Source of the DNA: Acidobacteriota bacterium
GTDB taxonomy: Bacteria > Acidobacteriota > UBA890
Assembly: GCA_036398215.1 (NCBI GenBank)
Contig: DASWHK010000225.1
Location: 1-61,338 of the forward strand
DNA: 61,338 nucleotides
Direction of reading: 5' to 3'
In this document: positions 24,826 through 34,371 of the stretch, one piece after another
Layout: the number at the start of each line of letters is the position of its first letter
Numbering within the stretch: position 1 is the stretch's first letter
Position numbers and translations under genes: made by a program
Notes under the pieces: generated by a model
Seen by the model: only the letters and a program-made list of their open reading frames with translations
Database searches by the model: none
Told to the model about the DNA's origin: nothing

Positions 24826-24918
24826 CGGAGGGGGTGGGATTTGAACCCACGTCCCGGGTTTTGCCCGAGAACCCGATTTCGAGTCGGGCGCGTTACGGCC
24901 AGGCTTCGCTACCCCTCC
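24826..24918 (-). tRNA. tRNA-Ser (anticodon CGA)
   Basis: Folded by hand from the reverse complement: acceptor GGAGGGG/CCCCTCC, anticodon stem CCCGA/TCGGG with loop CTCGAAA, a long variable arm, and T arm GTGGG-TTCAAAT-CCCAC. Discriminator is G; CCA is not encoded. Confidence 0.9.
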
Positions 24919-25134
24919 GTACGGAAAATGCGGAATCGCCGACGGCGAGGCGGGCTGTCGATTCTCGCCGTGGGAGTGGCCCGCTGATCCGCAGGCCGCG
25001 CGGATGCGAGCGTGAAGGAAGATTCTACCACCCTCCCTGAGGGCTACGTGCACATGCTGCGTCGTGTAGGGGCCGCCGCCTTGTGCACGGAGCCCGTGCC
25101 GCCGACGTTCGTGTTTCGGTGCCCGAAGGTTGGT

Positions 25135-25791
25135 CTACTCCGTCTCAGCCATCAGCGAGTCCTCGCGTGGCCGTGGCGGCTGGTGGGCCTTGTTGTAGTC
25201 GATGACGCCGCGGGCCAGCAGGTAGACGCCGATGGCCAGCGGGAAGATCGGCCACCAGTCGCGCAGCCAGCGGAGCGGGTAGTCGAACAGGGTGTTCGAC
25301 AGCATGATCAGGCCGAAGAGGGTCAGCCAGACGCCGGCGACGATCGAGCCCTCCATGCGCGGGACCTTGAAGTCCTTGGGCAGCTCGATGCTCTCGCCGC
25401 CGGCGACGGCGTGGTTGTAGAGGGCCGCCATGCGGCCGGCATCGATCATGCCGAACAGCCAGGTGAAGAGCGTCGCCCAGAGGGCGGCGCCTTCGAGCTC
25501 GCGGCCGCCGACGTTCACCAGGGTGATCAGCATGAAGATCACCCCGGCGAGCACGAAGCCGCGCATGTAGTAGCCGATGTAGACCTGGCCGAGGCCGGGG
25601 ATCAGCGACAGGAACGTCGCCGCCCGCGGCGATTTGCGGTGCGGGTCGAACGAGTCCTCGTCTCGGTGCCAGTTTCGCGGCGGCGCGCCTTGGGCGCCGT
25701 AGCCTCCCCGGCCGCCGGAAGGCGGGTGGTCGTGGGTCCAAGGTGGGGCGTCGTCGCCGTGGGTTTGATCAGGATTGTGGCTATCGCTCAT
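25135..25791 (-). CDS. multi-pass membrane protein, last gene of the ECF sigma operon
   Basis: ORF 25135..25839 trimmed to ATG 25791 behind GAGGAGGAA. His/Pro/Gly-rich N-terminus, then hydrophobic helices (FLSLIPGLGQVYIGYYMRGFVLAGVIFMLITLV; IVAGVWLTLFGLIMLS; WWPIFPLAIGVYLLA). Confidence 0.6.
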   Translation of the reverse strand: MSDSHNPDQTHGDDAPPWTHDHPPSGGRGGYGAQGAPPRNWHRDEDSFDPHRKSPRAATFLSLIPGLGQVYIGYYMRGFVLAGVIFMLITLVNVGGRELEGAALWATLFTWLFGMIDAGRMAALYNHAVAGGESIELPKDFKVPRMEGSIVAGVWLTLFGLIMLSNTLFDYPLRWLRDWWPIFPLAIGVYLLARGVIDYNKAHQPPRPREDSLMAETE

Positions 25792-26497
25792 CGGTTCCTC
25801 CTCGGTTCGATTCGTTCGTGTTGTCATCCGTCGGCTCACAGCCGAAGCTCTCGCACCACACCCGCCGGCCGGCCTCGATCACCGGCGCGAGGCGGCTCGT
25901 CCACACCCCGCGGGCCCGGGCAGTGGCCGCCGCCCGCGTCTGACCGCCGAGCTCGACGAGCTGATCGAAGGCCGAATCGATGGCCGGCTCGACCCGCTCC
26001 TGGCGGATCTCGGCGAGCGTTTCCACCGGCGAGGCGTCGAGCCGGGGCGCCTGGATCCCGGTGATCAGCACCAGCGCCAGGGCGCCGACCCAGGCGCCCT
26101 CGAGGGCGAGGCGGGGGCGGGTCACGAGGCGTTGCCACAACTCGGCGAGCTTCGCGCGACCCGCGACCTGTTGCCAGAGAGCAACGCGACGGCTGCCGGT
26201 CGTCGCGGCAAGCACGTCGCCCAAGAAAGCGGCGTTGGGCTCCATCGAGGCAAGGCACGGAAGGTCCGCGTCGAGCTGCTCGAAGACCGACGCCCAGCGG
26301 CTCGAGGTGGCCGCGAGGATCGACTCGGTCAGGTCGGCAGGCGGCGTGGCTTCGGGGGCGCCTGCCAGCAGCCGCTCGAGCTCGCGGCAGCGCTCGCAGC
26401 CGGTCAAGTGGGCGCGCTGAGTCGCGACATGTTCGGAAGCCGCGGCGCGGCCATCGAGCGACGCGATCAGCAGCTCTTCGCAGCGGGCGCAGTCCAC
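25781..26497 (-). CDS. zinc-binding (ZAS-type) anti-sigma factor
   Basis: Last 238 codons of listed ORF 25781..28345. GTG 26497 sits 2 nt after the sigma stop. VDCARCEELL...AHLTGCERC carries the H-x3-C-x2-C motif. One TM segment (GAWVGALALVLITGI). Confidence 0.7.
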   Translation of the reverse strand: MDCARCEELLIASLDGRAAASEHVATQRAHLTGCERCRELERLLAGAPEATPPADLTESILAATSSRWASVFEQLDADLPCLASMEPNAAFLGDVLAATTGSRRVALWQQVAGRAKLAELWQRLVTRPRLALEGAWVGALALVLITGIQAPRLDASPVETLAEIRQERVEPAIDSAFDQLVELGGQTRAAATARARGVWTSRLAPVIEAGRRVWCESFGCEPTDDNTNESNRGGTDER

Positions 26498-26499
26498 CG

Positions 26500-27057
26500 T
26501 CAGCCTCCGAAGGTCGGGTCGAGCTCGAGGATGCAACGGGCCAGCTCGAGGCGGGCCCGATGCGAGCGGGTCTTGACGGTGCCCAGCGGCAGCGCCAGCG
26601 CCTCGGCGATCTCGGTCTGCTTCAGCCCTTGAATGTCCTTGAGCAGGATCATCTCGCGGTTGATCTCGGACATCCGCTCGAGCGCCTGGTAGAGTAGCGC
26701 CGCGCGCTCGCTGGCGAGGGTCGCGGTTTCCGGTCCCGGCGTCGGGTCGGGGGCGGCGAGCCGCTCGTCGAGCGGCGGGCCGTCGAGCGCCGGCCGCGCC
26801 CGCAGGTGCCGGACGCGGTCGATGCAGCAGTTGCGGCCGATGCTGACCATCCAGGCCACGAAGCCGCCGCCCTCGAAGGTGTCGAGCTTCCGGTACACGC
26901 GCACGAACGTCTCCTGGGCGGCCTCGCGGGCCTCCTCGCGGTTGCCGAGGTAGTGGTAGGCGAGGGCGAAGATCCGCCCCTGATAACGGCGCACCAGGGC
27001 CTCCCAGGCGAGGTCGTCGCCACCACGGCAGCGCTCGAGTAGATCGTCGAGGTCCAC
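26500..27057 (-). CDS. ECF RNA polymerase sigma factor
   Basis: ORF 26500..27138 trimmed to GTG 27057 behind GGGAAGGA. Region 2: RIFALAYHYLGNREEAREAAQETFVRVYRKL...RNCCIDRVRH. Region 4: ILLKDIQGLKQTEIAEALALPLGTVKTRSHRARLEL. Confidence 0.9.
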   Translation of the reverse strand: MDLDDLLERCRGGDDLAWEALVRRYQGRIFALAYHYLGNREEAREAAQETFVRVYRKLDTFEGGGFVAWMVSIGRNCCIDRVRHLRARPALDGPPLDERLAAPDPTPGPETATLASERAALLYQALERMSEINREMILLKDIQGLKQTEIAEALALPLGTVKTRSHRARLELARCILELDPTFGG

Positions 27058-27204
27058 CCGATTCCTTCCCTTTGGCCCGATCCTCGGGCTTGCGTCCGGC
27101 GCCATCGGCCGGGGAAGCCTCCCCCGGGGCGCCGGCATCGCTCAAGGGTAGAAACGAAGCCGGAGAAGCAAAGGTTCGGGCCCAGCAGGGGATTTCGGGT
27201 CGAC

Positions 27205-29499
27205 TCAGCGTCTCCGGTTCGCCGCCAGCGCCGCCTCGATGACCTGGCGCCACCGGCGTGCCCACTCGTCGGGGTGGACGCCGAAGCTCATCTGGCGGGC
27301 CCAGACGCGGCCGGTGGCGTCGACGAGCATCGTGACCGGCAGCTCGTCGAGGCCGAGCTCGGCGAGCGCGGCAAAGGTGCCGACGGCGAGGGGGCCGTGG
27401 TCCGGAGCGCGGCGGAGGGAGCGGTTGGCGTTCGAGAGCGAGCTCGACAGGGTGATCGAGAGCGTCCCGAGGCCGAGCTCGCCGTAGGTGGCGCCGAACG
27501 CCGCCAGCGCCGGGAGCTGGTCGCCGCTGGTCGCCAGGTCGGGTGCCCAGGCGACCACGAGCGTCAGGTCGGCGGTCAGGAAGCGCTCGAGCTTCACCTG
27601 CAGGTTGCGCTCCGGAAGCAGCAGCCGCACGCTGCCGATCGGCAGCGACGGGGCGCTCTCGGCGTCGAAGATCTTCAGCTCGTTGCTGGCCAGGGCCCGG
27701 TAGATGCGGGCCAGCGCGGCGCTGATCGCCTCCCCGCCGCGGCCGCGGGAGAGGGCGCGCAGGTAGTAGTGCTTGGCCTCGTGCAGCCGGCCCGCCGCCT
27801 CGTAGACCTCGCCGGCGGTGCGGTTGGCGCTGCCGCTCAGTCCGCGGGCGCCGGCGGCCGCCACAAGCCGGTCGACGAGGACGGTCGCCTCCTCGACGCG
27901 GCCGTCCTCGAGGTAGAGGTCGGCGAGCATCAGGCGCAGGCGGGTGAGCTCGGCGGCGATCGCGTTGCCCGCGGCCGGCGGCCCACCGGCGGACAGCTCG
28001 CTGATCACCAGCGCCTTCTCGATCAGCTCGATGCCGAGCGTCCGCTCCGAGGCGCTGCGCGCCAGCGTCTGGCCGATGCGGCGCAGCACCTCGGTCTCGA
28101 CGCAGTCGGAGTCGCGCAGCGAGCGGGCGGCGGAAGCGGCCTCGGGAGGGATCACGGGGGCAGGGACGGCCACGGCCCCCCTGTCGCCCGCGATCGCCAC
28201 GCGGGCCCCGTCGGGGGTCATAACGACCATCCTGTCGCCGCCGCCCGTGACCCGAATCTGTTCGATTCTGAGGGCCATCTCCCGCTGCCGCCGCTCGTCG
28301 AGAGACCCTAAGCCGGCCGCGAACCAGCCGGAATGTCCCAGGCACGCGAACGTCTGACCCGCCCTGCGCGTCTCGGCGATGCGATCGCGGCCGGCACCGA
28401 CCTCCTCGAAGCCCGGGTCCGGCAGCGCGATCACCTCCTTGGCCAGCTCGATGGCCTCCTCGAAGCGGTCATCGCCGATCAGCGCGTTGATCATCCGGTC
28501 GTAGACGGCGTAGCGGAGCGGCGACTCGGGGTAGATCTCCAGGAACCGGCCGAGGATCTCCAGCTCCCGCTCGGTGTCGACGAAGCCGGCCGCCCGCAGC
28601 AGCGACACCTCGGCGCGCGGGTGCTCCGGATAGCGCTCGGCGATCGCCAGCCAGACGTCGGCGGCCATCGACCGGCCTTCGTGGCCGCCGCCGGAGAGCA
28701 GGCCGGCGAGCGCCTCCATGTCCTCGATCGAGCCCATGAACCGGTACCGATTGGCCTCGATCTCCGGCAGTAGCGGGGCGATGTCGCGGTTGCGGCCCAT
28801 CGACCGCAGGCGCTCCTGCCAGAGACGGGTGAGAAAGCGGGTTTCGCCCGGGTACTGGGCGACCATCTGCTGGAGGAAGGCGAGCGCCTCGGCGTCGCGG
28901 TCGCGGCGCGTCAGAGCCAGGTAGTAGGTCGAGGCGGCGCCGTAATCGCCGGGCATCAGGCCGACGGCGCGGCGCGCCCATTCCAGCCCCTCGTCGGACC
29001 TGCGGTCTCGATAGGTGAGCGAGGCCATCGCCTGCACGGCCGGCCCGAAGTTGGGATCGCGGCGCAGCGCCTCCAGCAGATAGGACTTGCGCAGGTCCCT
29101 GCCGCGCGCGGCGGTGCTCATTAGGTAGTAGACGGCGGCGCTCCCCGGGTACTGCTGCAGGAGCTGCTGGTAATGGCCCTGCAGCGACGCCGAGTTGCCC
29201 AGCCGCGCATGCGCCGTGCGCAGCACGCGGTTGGCCTCGAGATGCAGCGGGTCTATCGCCACCGCCCGCTGCGCGGCCGCCAGCGCCGCCTCGTACTCGT
29301 AGGCGAGCATGTGCTGCTCGGCCTGGGCGATCAGCGCTTCCGGTGATTGCGGGACGCCGGCGGGGAGCACGCCGCGCAGGCCGACCGGCTCGGCGGCGGC
29401 CGGCGGGAGCGGCGCTGGGGCCGCGAGCGCCGGGATTGCCGCCGCCCCAAGCCAAGCGGCAGCCACGAGCGGAGCCGCCCGCAGGACGAGTTGTCCCAT
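27205..29499 (-). CDS. secreted TPR-repeat protein with C-terminal thioredoxin-like (TlpA-type) domain lacking the CxxC pair
   Basis: ORF 27205..29598 trimmed to ATG 29499 behind GGGAGGGGA. Signal peptide, then TPR-like helices (AYEYEAALAAAQRAVAIDPLHLEAN). At the C-terminus, LVVAWAPDLATSGDQLP sits where TlpA proteins have WCxxC, followed by LPVTMLVDATGRVW. Confidence 0.7.
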   Translation of the reverse strand: MGQLVLRAAPLVAAAWLGAAAIPALAAPAPLPPAAAEPVGLRGVLPAGVPQSPEALIAQAEQHMLAYEYEAALAAAQRAVAIDPLHLEANRVLRTAHARLGNSASLQGHYQQLLQQYPGSAAVYYLMSTAARGRDLRKSYLLEALRRDPNFGPAVQAMASLTYRDRRSDEGLEWARRAVGLMPGDYGAASTYYLALTRRDRDAEALAFLQQMVAQYPGETRFLTRLWQERLRSMGRNRDIAPLLPEIEANRYRFMGSIEDMEALAGLLSGGGHEGRSMAADVWLAIAERYPEHPRAEVSLLRAAGFVDTERELEILGRFLEIYPESPLRYAVYDRMINALIGDDRFEEAIELAKEVIALPDPGFEEVGAGRDRIAETRRAGQTFACLGHSGWFAAGLGSLDERRQREMALRIEQIRVTGGGDRMVVMTPDGARVAIAGDRGAVAVPAPVIPPEAASAARSLRDSDCVETEVLRRIGQTLARSASERTLGIELIEKALVISELSAGGPPAAGNAIAAELTRLRLMLADLYLEDGRVEEATVLVDRLVAAAGARGLSGSANRTAGEVYEAAGRLHEAKHYYLRALSRGRGGEAISAALARIYRALASNELKIFDAESAPSLPIGSVRLLLPERNLQVKLERFLTADLTLVVAWAPDLATSGDQLPALAAFGATYGELGLGTLSITLSSSLSNANRSLRRAPDHGPLAVGTFAALAELGLDELPVTMLVDATGRVWARQMSFGVHPDEWARRWRQVIEAALAANRRR

Positions 29500-29710
29500 C
29501 GTCCCCTCCCTGTTTCGATGATTTCCGATTCGCGGAACCGGTGCCCCCGCAGGCGCCCCGTTCCCGTGTTCTCCGGGTCGCTGGCATCCGGGAGCCACGA
29601 GCGCCGGCGCGATCGAGCTGGAGGACGCACCGCGAAGGTCACGTGCGTGCCTCCCAGGCGGACGTAGCGTCTGCTATCTCGTTGCGGTGACATCGGGCCC
29701 CGAAACCAGC

Positions 29711-31585
29711 CTACCTATCTACTTCGACCCCGTTCAAGGGTGTTTTGTCGACGGGTTGCCAGCCGTTTTTTCGCAGCCAGCCGTGGGCGCGGTCGCGGCG
29801 CTCGTCGCGGACCGCGAACCAAACCTCGTGGCCGGCGCGGGGGCGGAACCTCTCGTCGATCGGCTCGGGGCCCCGGCGCGCCTGCCAGGCGAGGGGCACC
29901 ATGGCGACGTAGATGTCCTCGGGGAACTCCATGCCGTCGCCCCGGGCCTCGAAGCGCCAGGCCTCGACCGTGGCCTCCTCGCGCTCGAAGTGGCGCGCCC
30001 AGGCGGCGACGTCGACGGGGGCGCCGAACAACATCGCCGCGCCGCCCTTCTCGAGGCGCTCCGGTCGCACGCCGACGGTGCCGCCCTGCACGGCGGCGAG
30101 CGCCCTGGGGACGCGGAACTCGGAGCGGGCCTTGGCGGCGAAGATGCCGTTCGCCTCCTCGTTGGGAGTGAGGCCGATCGCCGCCAGGCGGGCATCGAGC
30201 TCCACCCGCTGCAGGACGCTGTCGTCCAGTCCGCTGCCCCAGATCGCCCGCATCCCGGCCTCCTCGGCCTGCTCGATCGCGGCGGCGTTGTTGTCGACGA
30301 AGACGATCTCCTGGTCGCCCGCGCCCAGCAGCCGGCCGAGCTGCAGGCTCAACCCGTTGGCACCGAGGATCACGTAGCCCTGGTTGGGGCGTCCCACGCC
30401 CAGCAGCCAGGCCACCGGCCCGGCGAGCAAACCCTGCACCAGCACGGTCACCCCGATGACCAGGAAGACCAGGGCGCGCATCTCGGTGCCCCCCTCGACG
30501 CCGGCGGCGGTGAGCTGCTGGGCGAACAGCGAGGCCATCGCCGCCGCCACCACCCCCCGTGGCGCCAGCCAGCAGAGAAAGGCCCGGTCGCGGGCGGTCA
30601 GGTCGGTGCCGGCGGTGGAAACGAGGACATTGAGGGGGCGGACCACCAGCATCAGGCCGAGCACGGTGATCAGGCCGGGCCAGCCGAGAGTCAGGACCTC
30701 CTGAAGGCCGACCTGGGCGGCGAGCAGCACGAACAGCATGCCGATGAACATCACGGTGAGCTGCTCCTTGAACTCGCGCAGCTCCCGGTCGATGCGCGTC
30801 GGCGTGTTGCCGACCAGCACGCCGGCAACCGCCGCCGCGGCGATCCCCGACTCCGGAAGCAGCGTGTCGCTGACCTGGAAGAGCACCAGCGCCAGCGACA
30901 GGACGAAGACGTTCTCCAGCCCCTCGGGGATCATCCGGTCCCAGTGCACCGCCGCCGCCATGACCGCCCCTCCGGCGAGGCCCAGCAGGCAGCCGCCGCC
31001 GAAGCGGAGGCCGAAGCTGGCGATGCTGTCGAGCGCCGAGACCGCCGACCAGTGCAGCGCCACGTCGAAGGCGGCGATCGCGGTGAGGACGCCGATGGCG
31101 TCGATGAACACACCCTCGGCCTCGAGGATGGTCTGCAGCTCGTGCCTGACGCGGGTGCGGCGCAGCAGCGGCGTGATCACCGTCGGGCCGGTGACCATTA
31201 CCAGGGTTCCGAACAGGATCGAGATCCGCCACGGCCAGTCCATCGCCAGGTGGGCGAGGACCGCCCCGCCGGCGGCGGTGATCAGGGCGCCGATGGTGAT
31301 CAGCCGGCGGATCGGCACGGCCTGGCGCCGCAGCCGCCCGAGGTTCAGGTTGAGGCCGCCTTCGAAAACGATCACCGCCACCGCGTAGCCGACCAGCACC
31401 TGGAGCGCCGGGCCGAGCACCTCCGGGTCGATGACGCCGAGGCCGTCGCGGCTGAGCGCGACGCCGCTGGCCAGCAACAGGACGATCCCGGGCAACCGAA
31501 GGTGGCGGGCGAGCGCCGTGGCCGCGAGCCCCACCGCCAGGGCGACGGCGACCGTCAGGCCCGGGCTCTCGAGGGGTAAGCTCAA
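29711..31585 (-). CDS. CPA1-type cation:proton antiporter with C-terminal RCK/TrkA-N domain
   Basis: ORF 29711..31585. Na+/H+ exchanger helices (LFGTLVMVTGPTVITPLLRR, ILEAEGVFIDAIGV) plus YVILGANGLSLQLGRLLGAGDQEIVFVDNN. Confidence 0.9.
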   Translation of the reverse strand: MSLPLESPGLTVAVALAVGLAATALARHLRLPGIVLLLASGVALSRDGLGVIDPEVLGPALQVLVGYAVAVIVFEGGLNLNLGRLRRQAVPIRRLITIGALITAAGGAVLAHLAMDWPWRISILFGTLVMVTGPTVITPLLRRTRVRHELQTILEAEGVFIDAIGVLTAIAAFDVALHWSAVSALDSIASFGLRFGGGCLLGLAGGAVMAAAVHWDRMIPEGLENVFVLSLALVLFQVSDTLLPESGIAAAAVAGVLVGNTPTRIDRELREFKEQLTVMFIGMLFVLLAAQVGLQEVLTLGWPGLITVLGLMLVVRPLNVLVSTAGTDLTARDRAFLCWLAPRGVVAAAMASLFAQQLTAAGVEGGTEMRALVFLVIGVTVLVQGLLAGPVAWLLGVGRPNQGYVILGANGLSLQLGRLLGAGDQEIVFVDNNAAAIEQAEEAGMRAIWGSGLDDSVLQRVELDARLAAIGLTPNEEANGIFAAKARSEFRVPRALAAVQGGTVGVRPERLEKGGAAMLFGAPVDVAAWARHFEREEATVEAWRFEARGDGMEFPEDIYVAMVPLAWQARRGPEPIDERFRPRAGHEVWFAVRDERRDRAHGWLRKNGWQPVDKTPLNGVEVDR

Positions 31586-31642
31586 GGGGCTCCCACGACA
31601 GTAACGTTTTCGTCGTTGGTGGCGACCATCGCTGCCGGGATC

Positions 31643-34015
31643 CTATCGCGATGGCGCCGCCGGCTGGATGGCGATGCTCTCGATCGTGGCGCCCTCGAGA
31701 ATCGTATCGATGACGTCGAGACCGTCTGTGATCGCGCCGATGATCGTGTAGTTGTGGTCGAGGCGCACGTTGTCGACCAGGTTCACGAAGAGCTGCGAGT
31801 CGCCGGTGTCGCGGCCGCGGGTCGAGATCCCCACCGTGCCGCGCAGGTGCGAGCGGGCGGTGAGCTCGTCGCGCGTGTAGGGCCCGTCGCCCATGTACTC
31901 GTTGGCGCCGGGGCTGCCGCCCTGGATGACGAAGTTGGGCACCACCCGGTGGAAGGTGAGCCCCTCGAAGTAACCCTCGCGCGCCTGGCGGGCGAAGCGG
32001 GCGACGTTGGTGGGGGCCTCGAAGGGAAACAGCTCGACCTCGATCTCGCCGCCTCCCTGCATGCGGATCGAGGCGCGCGCCCCGGCCAGCCCGCGAAGCT
32101 CGGCGACTGAAGGCAGCGGCTGCGGCGGCAGCGCGCGGGGATCGGCCTGTTGCGGCTCACCGGTCCAGGCCACCAGGACCTCGGCCGCCTGCGCGGCGAT
32201 CCGCGGGTCGAAGTCGTTGAGGTAGGGGCGCAGGCGCTCGGCGTCCGCCGGCCCGCCGAGCTCGCCGATCCGCTCGAGCAGGGCGTGGCGGGCGTCGCGC
32301 GACGTCTGCCGTTGCGCCGCCGAGATCCGGTCGAGCGCCGCAAGCAACGCCGGCACGGCGGCGGAGCCGCTGCCCTGCGTCGCGGCGGCGGCGGTTGGGC
32401 TGCTGCCCTCGGACGCGCCGGCGCCGGTTGGGCCGCGGCCCTCGGGCGCGCCGGCGCCGATCGAGCGGCCGCGCTCCAGGGCGCCGGCGGCGGTGATCAG
32501 CAGCTGGTAGTCGTCGCGCTGCAAGGCGGCGATGGCGGCAGGGTCGGCGCCCTCACCGATCGTCGCCTCGAGGCCGCGGAGCGCCGCCTCCGCGACGTTG
32601 GCGTGCGGATCGCCGGCGAGCGCCGCGAGGAGGTCGGTGGCGGCGGCGCTCTGGGCGGCGCGCGCCGTGTACATGCGGACCTGCCAGACGGGGTGACCGG
32701 CGAAGCGCGGCAGCAACGGCGTCGCCGCCGCCGCGTCGGGGGCGGCGAGCGCCACCAGCGCGTGAGCGCCATGCTGCCAGCCGGTCGCGGCGGCTCCCGG
32801 GTTCTCCTCGCGGCTCGCCGGTGTGAGGCCCGGCATCTCTTCTCGGTTCGTGGGCGTGGCCGCGGGATCGGGCGCCTCGGCGAGCCCGGGCAAGGATTCG
32901 GCGATCGCCGTCAGCCTGGCCGCCACCCCGGGCTGCTCGCCGCCCCTAGCCGGGTCGTCGCAGCCGTCGGCGAGCAGGTCGATGGCGAGCAGCTCGACGT
33001 GGGGATCGCCGTCGTCGAGGGCCGCGAAGATCGGATCGCAGCCCGTCGAGGCCTGCAGGAGGCGGCCGTAGACGCGCAAGGCTTCGTAGCGGACCGCGGA
33101 GGCCTCGTCTTCGAGGCCGGCGAGCGCCAGCCGGGCCTGCAGCGGCGCGTCGTCGAGCCGCTCGACGGCGACGACAGCGAGGCGGCGTACCTCGACGTCG
33201 GGATCGAAGAGCGCGGCTTCGACCGTGGCGGCGTCGGCGCGCCGGGCGGCGGTGAGCGTGGCCAGCGCCAGCCGCCGGACGCGGGCCGGCTCCAAGCCTT
33301 CCGCGACGGCGCCGGGATCGCTGGCGGCGGCGAACCCCTCGGCCCCGGCGCGGCCGTAGCCGGTCAGCTCGACGAGGCGTTCCACCGAGCCCTGCTCGAG
33401 GTCGATCTCGGCGGCGTTGCGGCGCGCCAGCGACTCGAGGCCGCGGGCAACCGGCAGCAACGTCTCGATCGAGGCCCCCCGCGACAGCGTGATCAGCGTC
33501 CGTTCGGTCTCGACCATGGCGCCCGGCGAGGCCGGCCGCAGGCGGCCGAGGGCCCGCCCGAGGGCGCCCTTCACCGCGGCGTCGGTCTCGAGCGTCAGGC
33601 GCCCGCGCAGCAGGTCGGTGGCGGCGGGCGAGTCGGCGGTGGAAACGGCCTGGGCGACCGCGTTGGCCGCGGCGATCCGCACCGCGGGGTCGGAATCGGC
33701 GAGCGCCGGGGCGATGCGCTCGAGCAGGTCGGGGCGCTCCAGTCTCCCCATGCCGCGCACCGCGAGGCGGCGCAGCGACGGGTTGTCCGAGGCGAGCCCG
33801 GCCGGCAACGCCGAGAGCTCCCCCTCGGGGCGGCTGTCCTCCTCGGCGAGCAGGGCGGCCAGGAGCCGTTCCTCTTCGGGGCTCGAGGCGATCGGCGAGC
33901 CTCCCGGCCGCGGCTCGCCGCAGCCGACCGGCAGCAGCAGCAACGCCGCCAGCAACCACAGCGGCCGGATCAGGAGGCGTTTCGGGCTCGACACCGGGCG
34001 CGCGTCCTCGTCCAT
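31643..34015 (-). CDS. lipoprotein with HEAT-like repeats and C-terminal cyclophilin-type peptidyl-prolyl isomerase domain
   Basis: ORF 31643..34204 trimmed to ATG 34015 (MDEDARPV...LLLPVGCG lipobox). C-terminal FHRVVPNFVIQGGSPGANEYMG...GTVGISTRGRDTGDSQLFVNL. Confidence 0.85.
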   Translation of the reverse strand: MDEDARPVSSPKRLLIRPLWLLAALLLLPVGCGEPRPGGSPIASSPEEERLLAALLAEEDSRPEGELSALPAGLASDNPSLRRLAVRGMGRLERPDLLERIAPALADSDPAVRIAAANAVAQAVSTADSPAATDLLRGRLTLETDAAVKGALGRALGRLRPASPGAMVETERTLITLSRGASIETLLPVARGLESLARRNAAEIDLEQGSVERLVELTGYGRAGAEGFAAASDPGAVAEGLEPARVRRLALATLTAARRADAATVEAALFDPDVEVRRLAVVAVERLDDAPLQARLALAGLEDEASAVRYEALRVYGRLLQASTGCDPIFAALDDGDPHVELLAIDLLADGCDDPARGGEQPGVAARLTAIAESLPGLAEAPDPAATPTNREEMPGLTPASREENPGAAATGWQHGAHALVALAAPDAAAATPLLPRFAGHPVWQVRMYTARAAQSAAATDLLAALAGDPHANVAEAALRGLEATIGEGADPAAIAALQRDDYQLLITAAGALERGRSIGAGAPEGRGPTGAGASEGSSPTAAAATQGSGSAAVPALLAALDRISAAQRQTSRDARHALLERIGELGGPADAERLRPYLNDFDPRIAAQAAEVLVAWTGEPQQADPRALPPQPLPSVAELRGLAGARASIRMQGGGEIEVELFPFEAPTNVARFARQAREGYFEGLTFHRVVPNFVIQGGSPGANEYMGDGPYTRDELTARSHLRGTVGISTRGRDTGDSQLFVNLVDNVRLDHNYTIIGAITDGLDVIDTILEGATIESIAIQPAAPSR

Positions 34016-34371
34016 TCCTCGAACACCCTCCTGACCGTTCTGGAGATCGCGACCACGGAGCGAAAGGAAAGTCCGGCTTCCGGCTCGCATTCGCTGATCG
34101 TTGTTGGCGGCTGGTCGAGTGTCAAGCTGAGGCGCGCGGCATGCCGGGCCGCGCAGCTCGTCCGCACCGGGCCTGCGCTCGCCCCGCGGCGGCGAGGCAG
34201 CCACCTTGCCGGTGGCTACGGCGCCGGGATTCGTCCGCTATGATTAGCGCGCCGTCGAGACTGTTGCTGTCGGCGGCGGGCCGCGATCGGGGCGAAGGAG
34301 CCCGGCGCGGGTCCCCGATGGACGACCCCGTAGCCCCCGCGGGAGGATCCCTTGGCACCGGCCAAGCAGTC

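Noticed and set aside
20006-24918. Integrative island at tRNA-Ser with att repeats
   Set aside because: There is no integrase or recombinase gene, and I found no copy of the tRNA 3' end (GGTGGGATTTGAACC-type sequence) at the far side. It is kept only as a weak 'old island' finding.
26498-28345. Upstream 616 codons of listed ORF 25781..28345(-)
   Set aside because: Only the last 238 codons (the anti-sigma factor, from GTG 26497) look real. The rest overlaps the sigma and TPR genes out of frame and is Arg/Pro/Gly-rich.
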